From the IMG/VR virus record IMGVR_UViG_3300022602_000037: a stretch of DNA of 64,000 nt; one strand, given 5' to 3'. The DNA is from a virus. Below, in pieces: positions 45,937-55,049 of the stretch (the first letter of the stretch is position 1; every line of letters starts with the position of its first letter). A model generated the notes under the pieces. It worked only from the letters and a program-made list of their open reading frames with translations, was not told where the DNA came from and ran no database searches. Position numbers and translations under genes: made by a program.

Positions 45937-46098
45937 ATGTTCTTTTATGCTTGCATTATTATTGGTTGGATACTATTAGTATTACTAGTTTTACTTTTTT
46001 TAAAAGGCGCTAGTTTTACCAATAGTGCTTGCACTGGTAATTGTAGGCAAGGAAGAGACTGTACTTGTATGGAACCAAAAAATGAAAAAATTGATTAA
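45937..46098 (+). CDS. Small membrane protein with Cys-rich tail
   Basis: TM helix followed by CTGNCRQGRDCTC. Confidence 0.5.
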   Translation: MFFYACIIIGWILLVLLVLLFLKGASFTNSACTGNCRQGRDCTCMEPKNEKID

Positions 46099-46534
46099 AC
46101 GACTTTTAGGTATTGATAAGTTAGAAGAAAACTTAGCATTACTTAAACAAATGGAAGCAGATGCACTAGCACGTACCGCAGAAGCTCAAAATGCTGAAAA
46201 AGATGCAGTAGAATCTGAACGCATTGCCAAATTAACTCCCAAAGAACGTGCAACAATACGTGGCGAACCTTGGGTTAGTGTGTTGGATACACATGTAAAC
46301 AAGGAAAACATTCGTAATGGATTCTTTGAGCTTGACTGGAACCCAGAGTTTATAGTACAATTAAAGGCAGCTGGTTATGGTTTTGAAGGCGATCCTGAAG
46401 AAGAAATTGTTGATCGTTGGTTTAGAGATTTGGCCGCAAACATGCTAGCAGAGGCAGGACAGGATCCTAGTAGATCAAGTGCTGGTTTTATTAATGTAAG
46501 TAAATTAGGCGGCGGAAGAGCCGAGGTTCAATGA
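46082..46534 (+). CDS. Hypothetical protein
   Basis: Probable start ATG 46082. GEPWVSV...FELDWN motif. Confidence 0.65.
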   Translation: MKKLIKRLLGIDKLEENLALLKQMEADALARTAEAQNAEKDAVESERIAKLTPKERATIRGEPWVSVLDTHVNKENIRNGFFELDWNPEFIVQLKAAGYGFEGDPEEEIVDRWFRDLAANMLAEAGQDPSRSSAGFINVSKLGGGRAEVQ

Positions 46535-47523
46535 CATATATTGTAGTCGATACTGCTAATACGTTTTTTCGTGCTAGACATGTAGTACAAGGTAGTGCTG
46601 ATATTAAACTTGGCATGGCATTTCATATTACTTTTAACAGTATTAAGAAAGCATGGCAAGACTTTGGAGGCACACATGTAGTATTCTGTCTCGAAGGTCG
46701 TAGCTGGCGTAAAGATGTTTATAAGCCATACAAAGCTAATAGGCAAGAAACTCGTGCGGCTATGACACAAAAAGAACAAGATGAAGATAAATTGTTCTGG
46801 GAAGCATTTGACGAATTTAAAAATTTCATTACAGAAAAGACTAACTGTACTGTAATGCGTCATGAAAACTTAGAAGCAGATGACTTGATTGCAGGTTGGA
46901 TACAAGCACATCCAGATGCAAAACATGTTATTATTTCGACAGATGGCGATTTTGCACAGCTAATCGGCCCTAATGTAAGTCAATATAACGGTGTAGGTGA
47001 CTTACATATTACACACGAAGGAATATTTGATGCGAAAGGTAAACCAGTTAAAGACAAAAAGACGGGAGAGCCTAAGCCTGCACAAGATCCAGAATGGATG
47101 CTATTCGAAAAATGTATGCGAGGCGACACATCCGACAATGTGTTTTCGGCTTACCCGGGAGTTCGTACGAAAGGGTCAAAGAATAAAGTTGGTCTCATGG
47201 AGGCATTTCAAGATCGTAAGACTCGCGGATATAATTGGAACAATCTAATGTTGCAACGTTGGGTCGACCATAATGGCGTCGAACACAGAGTCCTAGAAGA
47301 TTATCAACGCAATGTACAGTTGTGCGACTTAACAGCACAGCCTGAAGACATTAAGAATAAAATTAAAGAAACAATCAAAACTAACGCGGTGCCAAAAGAA
47401 GTTAGTCAAGTAGGTATTCGTATGCTCAAGTTCTGCAATGCTTGGGATATGAAAAAGATTGCTGATAACATTCAGCAGTATGCAGAGCCATTTCAGGCAA
47501 AATATCAAGGAGAAATTAAATGA
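46531..47523 (+). CDS. rnh: 5'-3' exonuclease / RNase H (T4 rnh, FEN family)
   Basis: VDTAN, SWRK..Y.PYKANR, EADDLI, STDGDFAQL, GDTSDNV. Confidence 0.9.
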   Translation: MTYIVVDTANTFFRARHVVQGSADIKLGMAFHITFNSIKKAWQDFGGTHVVFCLEGRSWRKDVYKPYKANRQETRAAMTQKEQDEDKLFWEAFDEFKNFITEKTNCTVMRHENLEADDLIAGWIQAHPDAKHVIISTDGDFAQLIGPNVSQYNGVGDLHITHEGIFDAKGKPVKDKKTGEPKPAQDPEWMLFEKCMRGDTSDNVFSAYPGVRTKGSKNKVGLMEAFQDRKTRGYNWNNLMLQRWVDHNGVEHRVLEDYQRNVQLCDLTAQPEDIKNKIKETIKTNAVPKEVSQVGIRMLKFCNAWDMKKIADNIQQYAEPFQAKYQGEIK

Positions 47524-47714
47524 GTGCAATTACAGATAAACTAGTTAAGGCTAACGAGTCATTTACAATCAATCGTTACGACAATGGATTTATGATTGAA
47601 GTCGGCGGACGTGATGACAACGACGATTGGAAAAATGCTAAAGTTATTGTTGGTACAGAAGAAGAACTGATTGACGCTATCAAAGAAGCATTGTCTTTAC
47701 CATTAGCAGAATAA
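47520..47714 (+). CDS. Small acidic hypothetical protein
   Basis: 64 aa, SD AAGGAG. Confidence 0.6.
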   Translation: MSAITDKLVKANESFTINRYDNGFMIEVGGRDDNDDWKNAKVIVGTEEELIDAIKEALSLPLAE

Positions 47715-47724
47715 GGGGATAAAC

Positions 47725-48228
47725 ATGGCAACATGGACCGTTAGCACACATTATAAAAAATCTTGTCAAGAAGTTGAATTTTGGGTTCGACGTGAAGGCG
47801 AAGGTAAAATTATCACTACTAACGGTTTCCGTTATGGTGAATGGACTGTAGAAACTACAGACGACAATCCTCCAGAGTTTGAGTTTACTTTTGTTCCCGG
47901 AGGCGATGGCAAGAAAGACAGCATCAATATGCTAGACTGTGAAGTTAATAATATTGAAAGTGTTGAACTTGTTGAAATGTTTGACGGCGGTTGCTGGTAT
48001 GATACTGAGTTTGTAGATCTTACTGAAGAAGAGGAAGATGAGCTTCAAGAGTTCATTGATGAAAACAGCATCTACGATTTAGAGGATCGTGACGAAGACG
48101 GTTGGTATCAAGATGAAACTGAATGGTGGATCTGGGGACCAATTGAAATTAAAAACGAAGCTGGTGAAACAGTACGCATTATCTGTGCAGATGCCGAGGG
48201 TAATGTAGTAGATTTTGTCGAAGAATGA
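47725..48228 (+). CDS. Highly acidic hypothetical protein
   Basis: 167 aa, strongly D/E-rich. Confidence 0.65.
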   Translation: MATWTVSTHYKKSCQEVEFWVRREGEGKIITTNGFRYGEWTVETTDDNPPEFEFTFVPGGDGKKDSINMLDCEVNNIESVELVEMFDGGCWYDTEFVDLTEEEEDELQEFIDENSIYDLEDRDEDGWYQDETEWWIWGPIEIKNEAGETVRIICADAEGNVVDFVEE

Positions 48229-48289
48229 GAGATAAATACATACATTACTCGGGTGCCGCCAGGGCCTTTGTAATACTAAGGAGAAAAAT

Positions 48290-48769
48290 ATGACCGAAAT
48301 ATATGCCAAGCCTATTGTGGATGGTAAGTTTTGGATTGTAGAGCAAGATGGCTCTAAAATCGCAACGCTACACAAAAAAGAAAATAACAAATTTGTACTT
48401 TCTAGTACACAAGGTGAAGTTATGTTTAATCGAAAACAAGACCTCACAAAACAATTTGGTGAAGGGTTCTTCCTCAATAGCAACAAAGTAAAAATCACAC
48501 AATCGGACCCTTACGAATGCCACGGTTTTGCCACTAGTGTCAAACCTTATAATAGTATGTATGATGTAAGACGTCGTTTGCCATTGTTTACAAAAAGTAA
48601 TCAAAGTAAAAGTCTATACTGTGCAGGTTACTATATTATAAAATTTAACAAAGGATGGGTTAAAAGTTTTTGCCCTAAGGTTATTACATTAGAACGTAAT
48701 CCCTATCGAGGGCCTTTTAAGACCGAAATCGAAATGAAACAGGTACTTGCCAATGCAAAATCCGATTAA
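48290..48769 (+). CDS. Hypothetical protein
   Basis: 159 aa, SD AAGGAG, late-type promoter at 48232. Confidence 0.7.
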   Translation: MTEIYAKPIVDGKFWIVEQDGSKIATLHKKENNKFVLSSTQGEVMFNRKQDLTKQFGEGFFLNSNKVKITQSDPYECHGFATSVKPYNSMYDVRRRLPLFTKSNQSKSLYCAGYYIIKFNKGWVKSFCPKVITLERNPYRGPFKTEIEMKQVLANAKSD

Positions 48770-48998
48770 TTTATCACCTATCACACAATTTGCTCAACTG
48801 GTACGTGCCGCTGAACTTAGCCAAAGTAAAGAAGTCAAAATACCCATTCAACAGGCTAGGCTTATGAATCTAGCCTTTGTTGAGCTAATGGAACAGGTAA
48901 AACAAGACTACGAAAGTATGTTTAATCAATTAAAACAAAGCATTACAACTGAAGTAGTTAATGTAGAAATGGATGGCGGTGGTTTTGAAGACAAATAA
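48753..48998 (+). CDS. Hypothetical protein
   Basis: Coupled ORF ending MDGGGF. Confidence 0.6.
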   Translation: MQNPINLSPITQFAQLVRAAELSQSKEVKIPIQQARLMNLAFVELMEQVKQDYESMFNQLKQSITTEVVNVEMDGGGFEDK

Positions 48999-49034
48999 TG
49001 ATAAATATATGCGTACATTATCGGGGCGCATATT

Positions 49035-49319
49035 ATGTCAAGACCAAAGCCAAAAATTCTATTAGAGAGCATTAATAAAAAAACCTATAAAGCCGAACAA
49101 ATATTAGAAGCTGAAGCTATATGGGCAGTATTTTATAAAAACGAGCCTTTTAATCTAAAGAGCTTTAACAGCCTCACGAGTTATCCCGGACCAAAATATA
49201 AAAAAGTTTCTTTTTCAAATCCTGGCCATGCACATAATTTGGCAAAGAAATTAAATCAGACTTTCAATACAGAGGATTTCCAGGTTGTTATGCTTACACA
49301 AGGCACTATTATAAAATGA
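49035..49319 (+). CDS. Hypothetical protein
   Basis: 94 aa. Late-type promoter at 49001 and hairpin over the ribosome-binding region. Confidence 0.7.
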   Translation: MSRPKPKILLESINKKTYKAEQILEAEAIWAVFYKNEPFNLKSFNSLTSYPGPKYKKVSFSNPGHAHNLAKKLNQTFNTEDFQVVMLTQGTIIK

Positions 49320-49723
49320 TCACACGAGATGCCCTAACCAAAATATTTTTACAGCAATGGGGCAAGACTACAGACGAAGCTAATCTAAAATTGTTTAGTC
49401 GTAAATGGTGGCAAAGTACTCGTGCAGGTAAACAAACTAATTTTCGTCTTAGTGACGAAGGTTATGAATTTTTGGTTAAAGAATTGGATCTAAAAGAATA
49501 TGAAATTCCTTTTACCGAACCAATCGAATTAAGTCCCCAAACAATTATATTTTTGGAAAGATATGTAGATTGTCCATATTACCTAACTCCAATGTCAATC
49601 ACTGTCTTTTCAGAACGCAAGGGTTTCGAGCTAATGTTGTTTAGTGACGACATTAGAAAATTTGGCATAATAAAAGCCATGAATGAGCGAGAAAAAGAAC
49701 TAGCAAGTCAAAATAATAGTTGA
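49316..49723 (+). CDS. Hypothetical protein
   Basis: 135 aa, ATGA-coupled. Confidence 0.65.
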   Translation: MITRDALTKIFLQQWGKTTDEANLKLFSRKWWQSTRAGKQTNFRLSDEGYEFLVKELDLKEYEIPFTEPIELSPQTIIFLERYVDCPYYLTPMSITVFSERKGFELMLFSDDIRKFGIIKAMNEREKELASQNNS

Positions 49724-49748
49724 CAGAGATCATAGTTTCCCATATAAT
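49720..49748 (+). promoter_or_regulatory. Consensus sigma70 promoter
   Basis: TTGACA 49720-49725, 17 nt, TATAAT 49743-49748. Confidence 0.75.
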
Positions 49749-49805
49749 ACATACATAGACAGCGTTATTCGTAACAACACTTTTTTAACTAAGATAGGAA
49801 ACAAC

Positions 49806-50894
49806 ATGCCAGAAATTGCTAGTCGTACCGTTGGCCCAAGCGGCGCCAAAAAGTCTTTGCGCAAGGCTTTCAAAAATCAGCGTCCAATCTTCCTTTGGGG
49901 TCCTCCAGGTATTGGCAAGTCGGACATTATTAAACAATTAGGCACAGAACTCGATGCTCATGTTATCGATGTACGTTTGAGTTTGTGGGAACCTACCGAT
50001 ATTAAAGGTATTCCATACTTTGATAGTAACGATAGTACTATGCGTTGGGCACCACCTAGCGAATTGCCTAGCCAAGAATTGGCTAATCAGCATAAACAAA
50101 TCATTTTGTTCTTAGACGAAATGAACTCTGCGGCTCCTGCTGTACAAGCCGCGGCATACCAATTGATTTTGAATCGTCGTGTAGGCACCTATCACCTACC
50201 TGACAATGTTGTACTAGTTGCGGCTGGTAACCGTGAAACTGACAAAGGTGTTACATTCCGTATGCCTGCTCCGTTGGCTAACCGTTTTGTGCATTTGGAA
50301 ATGACTGTTGATTGGGATGACTATTTTGAATGGGCAGTTGAAAACAAAATCCATCAAGATGTAGTTGGTTTTTTGAGCTTCAGTAAAAAGAGCTTGTACG
50401 ATTTCGATCCAAAATCTAGCTCACGTGCTTTTGCTACACCTCGTTCTTGGAGCTTTGTAAGTGAATTGTTAACAGATGACGATGTAGACGTAGATACATT
50501 GACAGATTTGGTATCAGGTTCGGTCGGTGAAGGATTAGCTGTCAGTTTTATGGCCCATCGTAAAATTGCTAGCAAAATGCCTAACCCTACTGACATTTTG
50601 AACGGCAAAGTCAAAAAGATGGATTCAAAAGAAATTTCAGCTATGTATAGTTTGACTGTATCTTTGTGCTATGAATTGAAAGATTCTTGCGAAAAGAAAG
50701 TTAAAAACTGGAATGAGCAAGTCAATAACTTTTTCGAATTTATGATGAATAACTTTGAAACAGAATTGGTTATTATGGGTACTAAATTGGCTTTGAGCAC
50801 TTACAAATTGCCGTTGGATCCAGATGAAATCAAATGCTTTGACGATTTCCATGCCAAATACGGTAAGTATATTAGTGCCGCAACTGAGAAATAA
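49806..50894 (+). CDS. MoxR-like AAA+ ATPase
   Basis: GPPGIGKS, LFLDEMN, AAGNR, PLANRF, TPRSW. Confidence 0.88.
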   Translation: MPEIASRTVGPSGAKKSLRKAFKNQRPIFLWGPPGIGKSDIIKQLGTELDAHVIDVRLSLWEPTDIKGIPYFDSNDSTMRWAPPSELPSQELANQHKQIILFLDEMNSAAPAVQAAAYQLILNRRVGTYHLPDNVVLVAAGNRETDKGVTFRMPAPLANRFVHLEMTVDWDDYFEWAVENKIHQDVVGFLSFSKKSLYDFDPKSSSRAFATPRSWSFVSELLTDDDVDVDTLTDLVSGSVGEGLAVSFMAHRKIASKMPNPTDILNGKVKKMDSKEISAMYSLTVSLCYELKDSCEKKVKNWNEQVNNFFEFMMNNFETELVIMGTKLALSTYKLPLDPDEIKCFDDFHAKYGKYISAATEK

Positions 50895-50910
50895 ATTGGT
50901 TTAAGGATAT

Positions 50911-50939
50911 TTGACACCTCCTGCGGGAGGTGTTATAAT
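50911..50939 (+). promoter_or_regulatory. Consensus sigma70 promoter with palindromic spacer
   Basis: TTGACA 50911-50916, 17 nt, TATAAT 50934-50939. ACACCTCC-tgcg-GGAGGTGT at 50914-50933. Confidence 0.75.
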
Positions 50940-50963
50940 ATATACATACAGTAAAGGAGCATT

Positions 50964-52148
50964 ATGTCACATACAGATCCAATTATCGACAAAATTATTG
51001 TAGCCCGTGTAGGTCTATTACTTCGCCATCCTTTCTTTGGTAATATGGCTACTCGCTTAAAAATTGAAGAAGGCTCCGAATGGATGGGCACTGCCGCTAC
51101 AGACGGTCGCACAATTTACTTTAATCGCGAATTTTTTGAACCTCTTACAGTTAAGCAAGTTGAGTTTGTGATTGCCCACGAAATTCTACATAATGTGTTT
51201 GATCACATGAGTCGTAGAGAAAGTCGTAATCCACGCATTTTTAATATTGCCGCAGACTATTGTGTAAACGGACAATTAGTCCGAGATCGAATTGGTGATC
51301 ATAATATTGAAGGTATCAAAATCTTCCATGACCAAAAGTACTACGGTATGGGTGCAGAAGAAGTATACGATAAAATCTTCGACGAAATGGACGAAGAAGA
51401 ACTAAATGCTCTTGGCCAGTTACTTGACGATCATATTGATTGGGGAGAAGATGGCAAAGATGGCAAGCCAAAATATTCTAAAGAAGAATTAAAACAGATT
51501 CGTGATGAAATCCGCGAAGCTACAATGCAGGCCGCACAAGCCGCAGGCGCTGGTAATACTCCTGCTAGTGTACAACGCATGATTAAAGAATTAACTGAGC
51601 CTAAGATGAATTGGCGTGAAATCTTACGTCAACAAATCCAAAGCACTATTAAGAATGATTTTAGTTTTATGCGTCCTAATCGTAAAGGTTGGCACATGAA
51701 TGCCATTCTTCCAGGTCAACAGTTTCAAGAAACTATTGATATTTGTGTTGCAATTGATATGTCAGGTTCTATTGGTGACGAACAGGCAAAAGACTTCTTA
51801 ACAGAGATTAAAGGTATTATGCAAGAGTATAAAGACTTTAAGATTAAAGTATGGTGCTTTGATACTAAAGTCTACAACGAAGCTGACTTTGATGGATATA
51901 ACATTGACGAGTTCGACAGCTATGAACCAATGGGCGGTGGCGGAACTGAGTTTGATGCCAACTGGGAATACATGAAAGAGAATGACATTCAACCTAAAAA
52001 GTTTATCATGTTTACTGATGGATATCCTTGGGGTAGTTGGGGTGATGAAAATTACTGTGATACAGTATTCATTATCCACGGTAATAACACTATTGTTCCA
52101 CCATTTGGAGAATATGCTTATTACGAATTTGCTAAAGAGGCGGCATAA
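50964..52148 (+). CDS. Metallopeptidase-like + vWA domain protein (DUF2201-type), MoxR partner
   Basis: TAATDG, HEILH (HExxH), NIAADY, MIDAS DMSGS, GGGGTEF, FTDGY. Confidence 0.85.
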   Translation: MSHTDPIIDKIIVARVGLLLRHPFFGNMATRLKIEEGSEWMGTAATDGRTIYFNREFFEPLTVKQVEFVIAHEILHNVFDHMSRRESRNPRIFNIAADYCVNGQLVRDRIGDHNIEGIKIFHDQKYYGMGAEEVYDKIFDEMDEEELNALGQLLDDHIDWGEDGKDGKPKYSKEELKQIRDEIREATMQAAQAAGAGNTPASVQRMIKELTEPKMNWREILRQQIQSTIKNDFSFMRPNRKGWHMNAILPGQQFQETIDICVAIDMSGSIGDEQAKDFLTEIKGIMQEYKDFKIKVWCFDTKVYNEADFDGYNIDEFDSYEPMGGGGTEFDANWEYMKENDIQPKKFIMFTDGYPWGSWGDENYCDTVFIIHGNNTIVPPFGEYAYYEFAKEAA

Positions 52149-52435
52149 TGGCATTAAAGAATGGCAAACCTAATCCGTTAGATTATTATAATCTTAGAAG
52201 GGTTGAGTTTGCCTGTCCTCATTTTAAGTATACAACTATAGATAGGTACACTCCTACTATAGTCAAATCTATGGATGCATGGATCCACAAGAATCTAAAT
52301 AATAGGTATTATGTAGGACAAGGCATAACCTTGGATAATACCAATACCATAGTATATAACACCCGTATTGGTTTTGAGTCAGAAAAAGAACTCAGTTTTT
52401 TCACGATTGCCTGTCCTTTACTACAAACAAGATAA
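52148..52435 (+). CDS. Hypothetical protein
   Basis: 95 aa, TAATG-coupled. Confidence 0.65.
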   Translation: MALKNGKPNPLDYYNLRRVEFACPHFKYTTIDRYTPTIVKSMDAWIHKNLNNRYYVGQGITLDNTNTIVYNTRIGFESEKELSFFTIACPLLQTR

Positions 52436-52461
52436 TTAAGTTAGTACTTTAAGGAGACAAT

Positions 52462-52710
52462 ATGACTGACGACGTACAACAAAATACAACAGATAATGCT
52501 ACATCTGATACTCAAAACAGCAATGATTTAACTATTAACGATCTACAATCAATGAAAGTTATTATTGATATTGCTAGTTCACGCGGTGCGTTCAAACCAA
52601 ATGAAATGGTAGCAGTAGGTCAAACTTACAACAAGTTAGAAGCATTTTTGAACAATGTAGCAAAACAAGCAGAAGCACAAAAAGCCGCTCAAGCGACTGC
52701 GGGAGTCTAA
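52462..52710 (+). CDS. Hypothetical protein
   Basis: 82 aa, SD AAGGAG. IIDIASSRGAFKPNEM. Confidence 0.65.
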   Translation: MTDDVQQNTTDNATSDTQNSNDLTINDLQSMKVIIDIASSRGAFKPNEMVAVGQTYNKLEAFLNNVAKQAEAQKAAQATAGV

Positions 52711-52711
52711 T

Positions 52712-53332
52712 ATGGCCGAACTCAAACACGTGGCACGTGTCAAGGCTACTAACAAAAAATGTCTAGTAGTTTATCGCACACTGCCCGGCGATGCGTATCA
52801 TTGCCTAATTGTTCCAACTGAAAACATGCCCGATATCTATCATGATGCTATCATCAATTTGGTAGAAAGTGGAGCAGGACAGGATGCGTACGAATTTGCC
52901 GATGTGTTAGCACGTACACAATTCCCAGATGGTAGTACTATGCTTCCATGGTTACATGTAAATGGCCGATTGATCAAAGCACAAACCAGTGAAATTGAAA
53001 TGATGCCAGCACCCAATTTTGGTATCCTTCTATCTGAGTTGAATCAACTGATTGCCGAGCAAAGAGGTGTTGCTGTTGACGATTTATCTATCAAATCGGA
53101 TACTCCTGAAAAAACAGAAGCTCGTCCAATAAGTGAAATTGACAATATGCCTAAAGTAACTGCTACTGTTGAACAAACAGTACAAGCTACTGTACAAACT
53201 ACCCAACCAACTTCTTTTGATTCACCAGAATCTGAAGCAAAGTTCTATCGTAGTCAAGCCGATAAACTAAGCAAAGAAGCCGCACAGATGCGTCGTAAAG
53301 CAGAGGAATTGGTTCCGACCAAGAAGAAATAA
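52712..53332 (+). CDS. Hypothetical protein
   Basis: 206 aa with C-terminal coiled coil. Confidence 0.7.
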   Translation: MAELKHVARVKATNKKCLVVYRTLPGDAYHCLIVPTENMPDIYHDAIINLVESGAGQDAYEFADVLARTQFPDGSTMLPWLHVNGRLIKAQTSEIEMMPAPNFGILLSELNQLIAEQRGVAVDDLSIKSDTPEKTEARPISEIDNMPKVTATVEQTVQATVQTTQPTSFDSPESEAKFYRSQADKLSKEAAQMRRKAEELVPTKKK

Positions 53333-53334
53333 CA

Positions 53335-53655
53335 GTGACTAACTCGGGAAGATATCTTCCCAAGGAGGTCGTTAAACATTGGCCGGAAGTATTTGAAGAC
53401 ATACGATTAAATGTGGTACCTATGGAGTACCTACATACCGTATTGGTTAATTTCAAAGACGGAAAAACTTGGGAAATTAAAATAACACATAAAGCCAAAC
53501 GGGAAGGATGGACTGCCTTTGAAAGAAGTTTGGCCGAGCTTTGCAGAAACTATGAAACAAAAATAAACGATATCGACTTTAAGCTAGATACACAAAAAGT
53601 TAAAAAAGATATTGAAAAAAGCACTCAAAAATTCCTTAAGAAAAAGAAGCTATAA
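53335..53655 (+). CDS. Hypothetical protein
   Basis: 106 aa, GTG start. Confidence 0.6.
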   Translation: MTNSGRYLPKEVVKHWPEVFEDIRLNVVPMEYLHTVLVNFKDGKTWEIKITHKAKREGWTAFERSLAELCRNYETKINDIDFKLDTQKVKKDIEKSTQKFLKKKKL

Positions 53656-53659
53656 ATAT

Positions 53660-54340
53660 ATGAATGTCCGACTACTTAGTTACAGCCAACCAACTACAGA
53701 ATTTGCTAGCATGGGAATTGATGACGCCCAAGAGCTCATTGCCTACTGTGCCAGAGTCAGTAACCCAAGCAATCAACTCAACACAGAAACTAGTGAACGG
53801 CTTATCAGGTACCTCATCCGACACCAGCATTGGAGCCCACTTGAAATGGTCTCAGCTTGCATCGAAATTACAACAACTCGAGACATTGCCCGTCAGATCC
53901 TTAGACACAGAAGTTTTAGTTTCCAAGAGTTTAGCCAACGCTATGCTGACCCGACAAAGGATCTCAACTTTATACTTAGAGATGCCAGAAGGCAGGACCT
54001 ACAGAATAGACAGAATAGTGTAGAACTAGATGTTCATAATAACGATGAAGATCGTTTCCTTGCTTATCAGTGGGAACGTATGCAAGAGCTAGTAATTAAA
54101 CAATCACGCGAAGCGTACGAATGGGCTATTCTAAAAGGTATTGCTAAAGAGCAAGCCCGTGCTGTATTACCGGAAGGTTTAATCGAAAGTCGGTTGTATA
54201 TGAATGGCACACTACGCAGTTGGATTCATTTTATCGAATTACGTAGTGCCAACGGCACACAAAAAGAACATCAGGAAGTTGCTATTGCTTGTGCAAAAGT
54301 TATTTCTGAAATTTTTCCTTTAGCAAAAGATCTTACTTAA
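53660..54340 (+). CDS. thyX: FAD-dependent thymidylate synthase
   Basis: ARVS, HWSPLE, RQILRHRSFSFQEFSQRY (ThyX motif), EQARAVLP, LRSWIHFIELR. Confidence 0.93.
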   Translation: MNVRLLSYSQPTTEFASMGIDDAQELIAYCARVSNPSNQLNTETSERLIRYLIRHQHWSPLEMVSACIEITTTRDIARQILRHRSFSFQEFSQRYADPTKDLNFILRDARRQDLQNRQNSVELDVHNNDEDRFLAYQWERMQELVIKQSREAYEWAILKGIAKEQARAVLPEGLIESRLYMNGTLRSWIHFIELRSANGTQKEHQEVAIACAKVISEIFPLAKDLT

Positions 54341-55049
54341 AAGTTTCTGGTGGAAACATTTTAATGTGTTGCTCAAATTCTGCTTCAAGCCAATCATAAT
54401 CATTTATTTTAGATAACATTTCGTTGTCATCTTTATAGGTTTTTCCAAACCATTCTCCAGCACTTGCTCCGCCTCGTGCATATTCAGAAAATGGAGCTGA
54501 ACTATTGTTATAACACCACGTGTTTAATCTTTCGGTAGTTTCTTTATCCAACTGTCCTGGAATTATTCTACTACTTAATTTAACACATTCTCTAAAAGCA
54601 GTGCGCCACGTGCTCAATGCATCGGTATTAAATTTGTTTATATTACTAACTTCTTTTATAACTTTGAATCTTTTAGATATGCTAGTAGTCATATCTGGGG
54701 CAGATATGTCCATATGCAATGTTAGGTTAGTTGGTAGCAATTTTATGCCGCCGTGTCCATATTCCAATCCATTTATTGGATTTCTACTATGCCAAACATG
54801 CACGATATCCTCTTCGTTGGTATTTAATTGGTTCGTAAACTTAAAAGTATGTAAAATTTCAGCATCCGCATCAATTACATAAAACATCGGAGTTTTAACC
54901 TTTTTGGCTGCTTCTATGTGTGCTTCCTTAATACCTTTGACACCATGTACTCTGTGTAACCTATTAAACCCAGTAAATGTTGTAACAAATTGAAAATAAT
55001 TTGTATTAGCATAGGGCTCGTTATAAGATATAAAAACAATATCATACAT
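54333..55049 (-). CDS. Glycosyltransferase-like protein (GT-A, DxD)
   Basis: VFISYNEP, RVHGVKG, FYVIDAD. Paralog of 55042-55941. Confidence 0.6.
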   Translation of the reverse strand: MYDIVFISYNEPYANTNYFQFVTTFTGFNRLHRVHGVKGIKEAHIEAAKKVKTPMFYVIDADAEILHTFKFTNQLNTNEEDIVHVWHSRNPINGLEYGHGGIKLLPTNLTLHMDISAPDMTTSISKRFKVIKEVSNINKFNTDALSTWRTAFRECVKLSSRIIPGQLDKETTERLNTWCYNNSSAPFSEYARGGASAGEWFGKTYKDDNEMLSKINDYDWLEAEFEQHIKMFPPETFK

